A stretch of DNA of 64,000 nt from Thermoanaerobaculia bacterium (GTDB taxonomy: Bacteria > Acidobacteriota > Thermoanaerobaculia > Gp7-AA8): contig JBGTDX010000143.1 of assembly GCA_041748075.1 (NCBI GenBank), positions 49,701-113,700 of the forward strand, in the 5' to 3' direction. Positions within the stretch are counted from its first letter, which is position 1. The number at the start of each line of letters is the position of its first letter. The notes beneath the pieces were generated by a model that was given only the letters and a program-made list of their open reading frames with translations, ran no database searches and had not been told where the DNA came from. Both the position numbers and the translations under genes were made by a program. Shown piece after piece: positions 1 to 7,856 of the stretch.

Positions 1-1
1 T

Positions 2-247
2 TCGCTCGCCTTCTATCGCGACGAGCTCAAGCCGTCGGAGGCGACGCTTGCCTCGCGGATGTTCGAACCGGGCGACGGCAGCATTACGGTTGCGAGCGCG
101 ACCGCCAGCCGCCCGGAGAACGCGTCGCTTGTCTGCGACGGGCATCAGGGGATGGCCCTCGATCCCAGCGTTCACCGGGCGATCATCCGAACCCTGGATG
201 CGGGGAGACCCGGTGTTAGCGGCTCAATGATGAACCACGTACACTAG
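2..247 (+). CDS. Partial (5'-truncated) alpha/beta hydrolase, LCAT/PGAP1-like lipase C-terminus
   Basis: Frame is open from the window edge. EPGDGSITVASA and a downstream CDGHQG fit the Asp and His region of LCAT-like hydrolases. Confidence 0.5.
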   Translation, partial: SLAFYRDELKPSEATLASRMFEPGDGSITVASATASRPENASLVCDGHQGMALDPSVHRAIIRTLDAGRPGVSGSMMNHVH

Positions 248-402
248 TGGCCTGTATGGTGACCGTGAGATGGGCCTGAAGCGCGGGAACGAGCGCAGCC
301 GACTGCATGGACGACTCCACCGGATGTGATACCATCGATCAACTTATTGAAATGACTCACGGTTACGCCCGCGAGCGCGTAACGACATCAGCGGAGGGTC
401 GG

Positions 403-876
403 TTGTCCAAACAGAATCAGTCCACGTCCCAACAGCCACTCAAGGTCACGGACAAGAGAATCTTCACGGCCGAAGGCGAGGTCAGGGAAGAGTTCCGGGA
501 AACGGTCGAGGCTTCGGAGCAGAGGGCCGGCCCCGCCGAGGAACAGCCTCCGCCCGATCCGAAGCCCGCGGCAGACGAACCGCCGGCGCAGCCACACGGC
601 CGAAACGTCCGGGATCGCGGCGAGAACCCCGGAACTCCGTTCTCGGTCTTCCTGGAGTCCCTGATCGTGAACGCATACATGAGCATGGGAATGCTCCGCA
701 ACCCGTACGCACCCGAGACGACGGTCGATCTCGAAGCAGCCAGGCAGATGATTGACCTGATCATCATGCTCGAGGAAAAGACTCGAGGAAATCTCACGGA
801 AGAGGAGACGGATTTTCTGACTGCTCATCTGGGGGAGCTCAAGCTCAAGTATCTGCAGCGAAGCAAGGCCCTCTGA
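403..876 (+). CDS. DUF1844 family protein
   Basis: Contains KVTDKRIF, then DLEAARQMIDLIIMLEEKTRGNLTEEE. TTG at 403 follows GGAGG; the ORF track starts at 307. Confidence 0.8.
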   Translation: MSKQNQSTSQQPLKVTDKRIFTAEGEVREEFRETVEASEQRAGPAEEQPPPDPKPAADEPPAQPHGRNVRDRGENPGTPFSVFLESLIVNAYMSMGMLRNPYAPETTVDLEAARQMIDLIIMLEEKTRGNLTEEETDFLTAHLGELKLKYLQRSKAL

Positions 877-880
877 CTCA

Positions 881-2839
881 ATGACGCCGGTGAAACCGCG
901 AACCTCATACGCTCGGGTTCCGAGCGGGCCGATGATCGCGACCCAGCCGTGCAAAACGCGATCTGCCCGCGGCAGGGGGCAAGGGACGCGTGCACGCCGG
1001 GCGATTCTGATGCTCTGCCTTGCGCTTTTCCTGATCCCGGCAGTTTCCAGGGCCGCGACAACGGAAAGCTCACCGCAGGAGCTGTGGTTTATCGCGACCG
1101 AAGCGATCCGGGAGGGAGACCGCCCCGGGGCGGAAGCGACCGTTCAGCAGATTCTCCTCACAGGCCGCTCTGTGGGTGTCACCAGATTCCCCGTGTACGC
1201 CGATGCGACGGCAGCCTACGCGATGCAGGCCTTTCGCGCCGGCAATGACGATCTGGCGCAATGGTCTCTGCGTCTTGCCAGCATTCTCGATCCGAAACTC
1301 CCGGACGTCGACTTCACGGCTGCAGACATGGCATATGCGCGGTCGGACTGGCGAGCCTTTGGTGAGTCGATTCTCAACGGGTTTCGAAAGTCGAGCGCGA
1401 ATTACCGAACGCGGCTGCTGGCGACGTCCGATCTGATTCTCGTGACCTCGGCCGCCCTCGCGATCACGATCACACTCTTCGCTCTGCTGCTGTTCTACCG
1501 ATACGGCCGGGCAGCGGCTCATGACTTCTGCGAGGTCCTCAGCACGAAATCGAACCCGCGCGTATCCGCGGTTCTCGGATGGGGGTTGCTGTTCGCTCCT
1601 CTGTTCGTATGGCTGGGGCCTACGTGGTTGATTCTGTACTGGCTCGCGCTTTTCTTCGGATACGCCACCCGAGCCGAGAGGGCTGTGATCATCGGCGCCA
1701 TCGTGACCTTGGGTATTCTTCCGCTGGTCCTGGCGTGGACGTCGTTCCGCATCTCCGGAATCGACAGTCCGGTGATTCAGGCCGCGGTGGCGAGCGCCGA
1801 GAGAAGTCTGAATCCGGAACCGCTTCGCAGGCTCGAGCAACTCGCCGAGATCATGCCGGACGAGCCTCTGCTGTACCTGCTCATGGGCGACCTCGAGGTG
1901 CAACAGGCGAACGAGCGCGCCGCGGCGCAGCACTACCGGAGAGCGATCGATCTCGACGAGCGCGTTGCCGGGGCCCAGCTCAATCTCGGCAATCTCTACT
2001 TCTTCGAGAACGACTTCCAGACGGCGAGTCTTCAGTACGAGCGTGCGGCGCAACTGGATCCCTCGATGGCCATCGCGTACTACAACCACGCCGTGGCGAG
2101 TGGCGAGCTGTACAAATTCTCCGAGCAGGGCCAGCAACTCGCAGAGGCGAGAGATCGCGATCGCGCCTCGATTGCAAAATTGCTCGGGAATCCTCCCTTG
2201 ACCAAAGTCGTAATGCATGAGTTCCCGGTCGGACAGGCCTGGAATCTGGCAGAACGAATCGCCCGGAGCGGCGACGCGCGGGAGATCTACGGGAACCACG
2301 CTTTGTTCGAGCCGGCAGTTGCTTTGCGCAATCCCCTCACTCTGGCGGCGATCCTGGCGCTCGCGCTCGCGATCCTCCTCTGGGTGCTCCGCAGGAAAAA
2401 CGGATTTGCGGGAGAATGCCAGAAATGCGGACGCACATTCTGTTTCCGCTGCAAGGCGTCACGCGAGAGCGCTAGCTATTGCACGCAGTGCATTCACATT
2501 TATCTCAAAAGAGACGGGGTTTCCCTGGAGACCAAGCGGGACAAGATCCAGGAAGTCCAGGACTTTCAGGCGGCGACCCAGAGACGGAAGAAGATTCTCT
2601 CGGCGCTCGCCCCCGGCGCCGGGCACATCATCGGTGAGAGGACCCTCCGGGGGGTAGGGCTGCTGCTTCTCTTCGTGCTCTTCGTAACTCTCGCGCTGCT
2701 GATCGGAAATCTCGCGCCTCTTGCAGCTCCAGCCCCGGCCATGAAGATGAGCGTGCGAATGCTCGCCATCGGGCTGGCGGCACTCGTCTGGATCGTTGCG
2801 TTCATTTCCATGCTGCGGCACAAGTCGACGGCGTCATGA
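881..2839 (+). CDS. Polytopic membrane protein with TPR repeats and a Cys-rich Zn finger
   Basis: TPR-like helices (AQLNLGNLYF, AYYNHAV), several hydrophobic segments, and CQKC..CFRC..CTQCIH. The true start may be downstream (932 or 1010). Confidence 0.75.
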   Translation: MTPVKPRTSYARVPSGPMIATQPCKTRSARGRGQGTRARRAILMLCLALFLIPAVSRAATTESSPQELWFIATEAIREGDRPGAEATVQQILLTGRSVGVTRFPVYADATAAYAMQAFRAGNDDLAQWSLRLASILDPKLPDVDFTAADMAYARSDWRAFGESILNGFRKSSANYRTRLLATSDLILVTSAALAITITLFALLLFYRYGRAAAHDFCEVLSTKSNPRVSAVLGWGLLFAPLFVWLGPTWLILYWLALFFGYATRAERAVIIGAIVTLGILPLVLAWTSFRISGIDSPVIQAAVASAERSLNPEPLRRLEQLAEIMPDEPLLYLLMGDLEVQQANERAAAQHYRRAIDLDERVAGAQLNLGNLYFFENDFQTASLQYERAAQLDPSMAIAYYNHAVASGELYKFSEQGQQLAEARDRDRASIAKLLGNPPLTKVVMHEFPVGQAWNLAERIARSGDAREIYGNHALFEPAVALRNPLTLAAILALALAILLWVLRRKNGFAGECQKCGRTFCFRCKASRESASYCTQCIHIYLKRDGVSLETKRDKIQEVQDFQAATQRRKKILSALAPGAGHIIGERTLRGVGLLLLFVLFVTLALLIGNLAPLAAPAPAMKMSVRMLAIGLAALVWIVAFISMLRHKSTAS

Positions 2840-2848
2840 GGAACTTCG

Positions 2849-4129
2849 ATGGCTCTTGAAGGAACTCTAAAGGACTTCAGCCTCGCTGACATCTTCCAGT
2901 TGATCGGACTCCAGAGGAAGACAGGCGTGCTGACTCTTCGCGGCAAAGACGACACGGTCACCGTCACCTTTCTCGACGGAAAGGTCGTTTCAGCAGACTC
3001 ACTCAACCGGCGGCTCGAGCACAGGCTCGGCCACGTCCTGATCAAGACCGGAACGCTCACAGACGAACAACTCAACCGCGCGCTCGAAATTCAGCGGGAG
3101 ACCCTGCAGCGACTCGGATTCATCCTGACTCACTACGGCATCATCTCCACCGAAAGCCTCCGGGCTGCGCTCCAGCTTCAGATCCTCCAGATCATCTACA
3201 GGCTCTTCCGGTGGCAGGACGGCGAATACCACTTTTCGCAGGAAACCACCATCGAATACGACCGCGAGAACGTCGTCCCCATCACGGCGGAATCCGTCCT
3301 GATGGAAGGAGCGCGGATGATCGACGAGTGGCCGATGATCGAAAAGCGCGTCCGCTCGTATGACATGGTCTTCCGCAAAAAACCACTCGACGAAAAAACT
3401 GCTCGGCTGGTTGCTCAACCCGGCGAAACCGCCGATCCGGAAGACAGCAAAACGCGGCGCGCCAGAAGCGGAGACGGCATACGGATTTCTCGCGATGAAC
3501 AGCTCGTCTACGATCTGGTCGACGGCGAGCGCACGGTCGGAGACATCGTCGAGGCGAGCAGGCTCTCCGAATTCGATACAAATCGCGCGTTGTACGACCT
3601 GGTCGGGCGCGACCTCATCCAGGAAGTGGTCGACTCCGCGCCCCTCATGACGATCGACGAGAGCGTTCTCACGCCACTGCCTGTCGATGAAACTCCCACC
3701 GTCCTTCTCCCCCTCGTTGCGATTCTCGCCATTGTGGCCATGCTCTCACTCGCTACTTCCTGGAAAAACCCGATCAACATCACGAGTCCCATCGGACGCT
3801 CGCAGTCGGCCATCGAGGAGGCCCGCAAGGCAGTCTCGTTTCAGCGGATCCGAACCATCGGGGAGGCCGTCGACGGCTACAGGATGGTCAACGGCGGGTT
3901 GCCCGAGGAACTCGAGGACCTGACCCCCAACTTCATTGCCGAGGACGTGCTGCGCGATCCCTGGGGCAATCCGTACAAGTACCTCCAGCCTCCAGGCAAG
4001 TACCTGGTCATCGGTTTCACGCCCGACGGCCGTGCCGATACCGATCTGTTCTATTCGAGAGTCATCGAAACCCCGGGCATTGCGGCGAAGGGAACAGAGC
4101 CTACGGGTGGGATCGTACTGATCGACTGA
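2849..4129 (+). CDS. DUF4388 protein with tandem MshEN motif, TM helix and GspG-like C-terminal domain
   Basis: MALEGTLKDFSLADIFQLI..KTGVLTL (DUF4388), two RLGxxLxxxGxxxxxxLxxxLxxQ motifs, a TM segment, and DPWGNPYKY..GPDG-like GspG signature. GAGG RBS. Confidence 0.8.
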   Translation: MALEGTLKDFSLADIFQLIGLQRKTGVLTLRGKDDTVTVTFLDGKVVSADSLNRRLEHRLGHVLIKTGTLTDEQLNRALEIQRETLQRLGFILTHYGIISTESLRAALQLQILQIIYRLFRWQDGEYHFSQETTIEYDRENVVPITAESVLMEGARMIDEWPMIEKRVRSYDMVFRKKPLDEKTARLVAQPGETADPEDSKTRRARSGDGIRISRDEQLVYDLVDGERTVGDIVEASRLSEFDTNRALYDLVGRDLIQEVVDSAPLMTIDESVLTPLPVDETPTVLLPLVAILAIVAMLSLATSWKNPINITSPIGRSQSAIEEARKAVSFQRIRTIGEAVDGYRMVNGGLPEELEDLTPNFIAEDVLRDPWGNPYKYLQPPGKYLVIGFTPDGRADTDLFYSRVIETPGIAAKGTEPTGGIVLID

Positions 4130-4214
4130 AGAATTGATAATTGAGAATTCAGAATTCAGAAAGGGACTCGAGCGAGACTTTTCTGAATTCTCAATTCTCA
4201 ATTCTAATTCTTCA
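4127..4214. repeat. Palindromic element with GAATT(G/C)A heptamer arms (MITE-like)
   Basis: TGAA(GAATTSA)x4 GAAA, ~18 nt spacer, then the inverted arm ending TTCA. Lies between convergent genes and both terminal TGAs are their stop codons. Confidence 0.9.
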
Positions 4215-5750
4215 TCGATCGGCCTGGCCGGCGAGGAAGTCCGGCGTGAAGATCTTTTCGATCTGCTCCTCGGTGAGCAGCTTCTTCCGGCGCAGCAGGT
4301 CGGGAATGGGTGTACCGGATGAAGCGGACTCCTTTGCAATCTCCGCCGCGCGCATATAGCCGATCAATGGATTGAGCGCAGTGGCAAGCGCGGGAGAGGT
4401 GATGTAATACGCCCGGCAACGTTCCCTGTCGACCTCGATTCCGGCGATGCACCGATCGACGAACACCGGCAGGTAGTTGCTCAGGATCTGAATCGAGAAG
4501 AGCGTTTCGAATGCCATCATCGGCATCATGACGTTCAGTTCCAGCTGGCCGGCCTGCACCCCATAGGCAACCGCTGTATCTGCCCCGATGATGTGAAAGC
4601 AGATCTGATTCATGCATTCGAGCATCGACGGGTTCACCTTGCCGGGCATGATCGAAGACCCGGGCTGCACTGCCGGAAGGATGATCTCGGCAAGACCCGT
4701 CTGCGGTCCGGACGACAGCAGCCGTAGATCGTTGGTGATTCTCGTGAGCTCGAGCGCCAGGTTCCGAAGGGACGCCGATGTCGCGGAAACCGGCAACTGG
4801 GACTGCATGGCCTCTCTCAGATCATCGATCGGTTCGAGAGACAGCCGCGTCATCATCGCCAGATAGCCGACCACGACGAAACGATACCCGGGGGGCGTGT
4901 TGATCCCCGTGCCCGTCGCAGTCCCCCCGATACCGAGCTGGCGGAGCTCATCCGCTGAATCCGAAAGGAGCCGGGTTGCACGCCGGACTGCAGCGGCCCA
5001 TGCCTTGAATTCCTGTCCGAGTGTCACCGGCACGGCATCCTGGAGGTGCGTTCTGCCCGACTTGATCACATCCGAAAACTCTTCGCCTTTCCCATCAAGC
5101 GCGAATGCCAGGCCGTCGAGAGCCGGAAGCATCTCGCGGAGCAGCATGAGTGTCGCGAGGCGCGTGGCGGTGGGAAAGGTATCGTTGGTGGATTGAGCCA
5201 TGTTCACATGATCGTTTGGGTGGATGGGCTTGTAGTGGCCCGCTCTGCCGCCGCAACGCAGGTTCGCCAGGTTGGCGATCACTTCGTTGCAGTTCATGTT
5301 GAATGACGTCCCGGCACCTGCCTGAAAGACATCGACGGGAAACTGATCGAGATACGCCATGTCGATGTAGGGCTTCGCCGGACGTCCGGTGCCGTCGTGG
5401 ATGTCGTCTTCGTCCGCCAGCAGGCTTCCGGGCATCGGCAGATCATCCGATCCCGCCTTTCGCTTTCTTGCGAGTCTCCCGAAGGTCTGCGTCGTCTCGC
5501 CGATGATCTCATCGCAGGCATCACAGATGGCACGGGCTGATTTTCGATCCAGCCCTCCGAGCTCGTAGTTCGCCAGCGCAGCCGCCTTCTTGAGCAGTAC
5601 GAATGCGCGAATGAACGCGGGATGCTCGCGAAGGCCGCTCACCGGAAAGTTCTCGACCGCCCGTTGGGTTTGCGCTCCGTACAGGGCACTTCTGGGAACG
5701 CGAACCTCGCCCATCGTGTCGCGCTCGATACGGAAGGCTTTTTTCGTCAT
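4212..5750 (-). CDS. aspA: Aspartate ammonia-lyase (class II fumarase/aspartase family) with ~45-aa insertion
   Basis: RIERDTMGEV, DVFQAGAGTSFNMN, QSTNDTFPT, GRTHLQDA and GSSIMPGKVNP. Start re-picked at MTKK. FumC activity cannot be excluded. Confidence 0.8.
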   Translation of the reverse strand: MTKKAFRIERDTMGEVRVPRSALYGAQTQRAVENFPVSGLREHPAFIRAFVLLKKAAALANYELGGLDRKSARAICDACDEIIGETTQTFGRLARKRKAGSDDLPMPGSLLADEDDIHDGTGRPAKPYIDMAYLDQFPVDVFQAGAGTSFNMNCNEVIANLANLRCGGRAGHYKPIHPNDHVNMAQSTNDTFPTATRLATLMLLREMLPALDGLAFALDGKGEEFSDVIKSGRTHLQDAVPVTLGQEFKAWAAAVRRATRLLSDSADELRQLGIGGTATGTGINTPPGYRFVVVGYLAMMTRLSLEPIDDLREAMQSQLPVSATSASLRNLALELTRITNDLRLLSSGPQTGLAEIILPAVQPGSSIMPGKVNPSMLECMNQICFHIIGADTAVAYGVQAGQLELNVMMPMMAFETLFSIQILSNYLPVFVDRCIAGIEVDRERCRAYYITSPALATALNPLIGYMRAAEIAKESASSGTPIPDLLRRKKLLTEEQIEKIFTPDFLAGQADR

Positions 5751-5787
5751 TTGGTTGCTCCGAGTGAAAGAAGTCAGGGGGATCGGT

Positions 5788-5963
5788 CCGTCGTAGCCAA
5801 TTCCGTAGCGGTAGCCGTTGCCGTTGCCGAACCTTATAGCAATTACGTCGCCTGATGAACGTCGCGGAGCTTTCAAGCACACGGGAACTCCTGCTGAAAA
5901 CAGTGGTGGGCGAGGAAACATCCTCGGCTACGGCCACGGCTACGCCGACGGAAACGGAAACGA
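5788..5963. repeat. Degenerate hexamer-armed inverted element
   Basis: CCGTAG/CCGTTG units at ~5788-5829 and inverted CGGCTA/CGGCCA/CGGAAA units at ~5925-5963, around a ~95 nt spacer. Confidence 0.55.
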
Positions 5964-5981
5964 GCTTACCGGGCTACCGGC

Positions 5982-6566
5982 CTAACTGAGACCGCCTTGC
6001 CTCATCGCCGTGATCCTCGCCTTCGACTCATCGAACACTTCGCGATGAAGGCTCCGCCCGTGCGAGTCCATCGTCACGATGGCCATGAAGTCTTCCACCC
6101 AGAGGTGCCAGATGGCTTCGGGACTGCCGAGGTCCATCCAGTCGACCCCATCGACACGCTTGATCGACGCGGCGCACACCTGAGCGGCTCCGCCGACTGC
6201 ATGCAGATAGACTGCGCCATATTCACTGCAGGCGTCCAGCGTCTTCTCACCCATACCACCCTTGCCGATCACACCTCGTATCCCATAATCCCGCATGACT
6301 TCCCACTGATAGGGCTCTTCACGCGAGCTCGTAGTCGGCCCTGCGGCCTTGCAGACCCACGCGTCGCCCTCACGCACCATGACCGGGCCGCAGTGATAGA
6401 TGATCTGACCAGTAAGATCGACCGGAGGCGTGGTCCCTGTGTGGATCCGGTGGTGCACCGCATCACGACCCGTGTAGAGACGGCCCGTAATCGAGACCGT
6501 GTCCCCGACGTTTAGAGAACGAGTGGTTGCCTCGTCGAGGGGAGTCGTGATGCTGATCTTCGCCAT
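5982..6566 (-). CDS. Class I fumarate hydratase / Fe-S hydro-lyase, beta subunit
   Basis: TGRDAVH, YHCGPV, AGPTTSSRE, GKGGMG and MDSHG motifs. Confidence 0.9.
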   Translation of the reverse strand: MAKISITTPLDEATTRSLNVGDTVSITGRLYTGRDAVHHRIHTGTTPPVDLTGQIIYHCGPVMVREGDAWVCKAAGPTTSSREEPYQWEVMRDYGIRGVIGKGGMGEKTLDACSEYGAVYLHAVGGAAQVCAASIKRVDGVDWMDLGSPEAIWHLWVEDFMAIVTMDSHGRSLHREVFDESKARITAMRQGGLS

Positions 6567-6580
6567 GAAACCTCCGGGAC

Positions 6581-6670
6581 TGAAGAATTGAGAATTCAGA
6601 ATTCAGAATTCAGAAACGGACTTGCGCGCGATCCTTTCTGAACTCTGCATTCTCAATTCTCAATTCTTCA
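6581..6670. repeat. Second copy of the GAATT(G/C)A heptamer-armed palindrome
   Basis: Same TGAA..GAAA / TTTC..TTCA arms and a related spacer (CGGACTTGCGCGCGATCC). The right end supplies the stop codon of the alpha subunit gene. Confidence 0.9.
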
Positions 6671-7579
6671 GTACAACCACTCCGTCACCCGTCCCGTCTC
6701 ATCCAGCTCGCATCCCCGCCTCCGGTACGCCCAGCACATGTAGGCAACGCTGACGAAGTAGCTGGCCGGAAGCCGGTTCTGCGTGCCAATCTTGCACGCG
6801 AGCAGCGTGGTCTTTCCGCCAAAGCCCATCGGGCCGATTCCGGAACGGTTGGCTTTGTCGACCACGCGCTGCTCGAGCTCGGCGAGAAGAGGATCGGGAT
6901 TGGTGTCATCCATCGTGCGGAGCAACTGTTCCTTCGCGAAACCATAGCCGGTCCCCCGGTCCCCGCCGATGCAGACTCCGAGGATTCCGGGGCCGCAGCC
7001 CTGTCCCTGCGCCTGAAGGACCGCATCGAGAATCGCGTTCTCGACACCTTCGAGATCGCGACCTCCCAGGTCGGGGTGAGGAAGGCTGTACTGCGCGTTC
7101 ATGTTCTCGCAGCCTCCCCCTTTGAGCATCAGTTTCACTTCGACGTACGGCTCGCGCCATTGATGAAAATGAAAGACGGGCGAGCCTGGACCGGTATTGT
7201 CGCCACTGTTCCTGCCGGTGATGCTGTCGACACTGTTCTGACGCAGGAAGCCCACTCTCGTGGCTTCTCGAACCGCCTCGAGGGCCGTCTCCTCGAAGGC
7301 GATCTGATCGTAGCCCACCGGCGTGTGGACGTAAAACAGAATCGTTCCTGTGTCCTGACACAGAGGAAGTGAATTATCCCGGGCGAGACCTATATTGCAT
7401 CCAATGACATCGAGTGCGACGTCGGCGTTCGATCCTTCGATCTCGTGAGTCCGCGCCGCGCTCACCGCGCGGACGACATCGTCCGGAAGAATCGTACTGG
7501 TCCGGCGGATCAACTCGAGAAGACTGTCCTGGAGGGCAGTTTGGCTCGCGGGGGGGTCGATGAGAGGGCTGGATGTCAT
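6668..7579 (-). CDS. Class I fumarate hydratase / Fe-S hydro-lyase, alpha subunit
   Basis: PLCQDTG, KGGGCEN, GQGCGP, GIGPMGFGG and MCWAYRR (Fe-S cysteines). Confidence 0.9.
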   Translation of the reverse strand: MTSSPLIDPPASQTALQDSLLELIRRTSTILPDDVVRAVSAARTHEIEGSNADVALDVIGCNIGLARDNSLPLCQDTGTILFYVHTPVGYDQIAFEETALEAVREATRVGFLRQNSVDSITGRNSGDNTGPGSPVFHFHQWREPYVEVKLMLKGGGCENMNAQYSLPHPDLGGRDLEGVENAILDAVLQAQGQGCGPGILGVCIGGDRGTGYGFAKEQLLRTMDDTNPDPLLAELEQRVVDKANRSGIGPMGFGGKTTLLACKIGTQNRLPASYFVSVAYMCWAYRRRGCELDETGRVTEWLY

Positions 7580-7810
7580 GATCGTCTCCGGCGCAGGAGT
7601 CTATCGCGGGAAGAGTAGACAGTACACAGCAGATAGAGAACATGGCGCCCTCACCCGGCTGACGCTGATGTTGTTCGATGTCTCTCGCGGAATGAACGCC
7701 TCGGAAATGCCTGCCACGAATACCGGATACCATCTGTGGCGAGGATTCCGGTCTCCTGCCGTCGGCCGAGGGCTTCCCACTGGAAATGAAGATCGTCACT
7801 TCCCTGTTTA

Positions 7811-7837
7811 AAATCTTAGTCTGCTATTGTCAGATTT
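7811..7837. promoter_or_regulatory. AT-rich imperfect inverted repeat upstream of clpB, candidate heat-shock repressor site
   Basis: AAATCTTAGT-CTGCTAT-TGTCAGATTT has dyad ends and HAIR-like N7 spacing. It is not a CIRCE. Confidence 0.35.
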
Positions 7838-7856
7838 ATGAAAAGAGGGAACTACT

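Noticed and set aside
5352-5502. Intein in aspA (and in sucD)
   Set aside because: Too short and lacks N-terminal C/S and C-terminal HN motifs.
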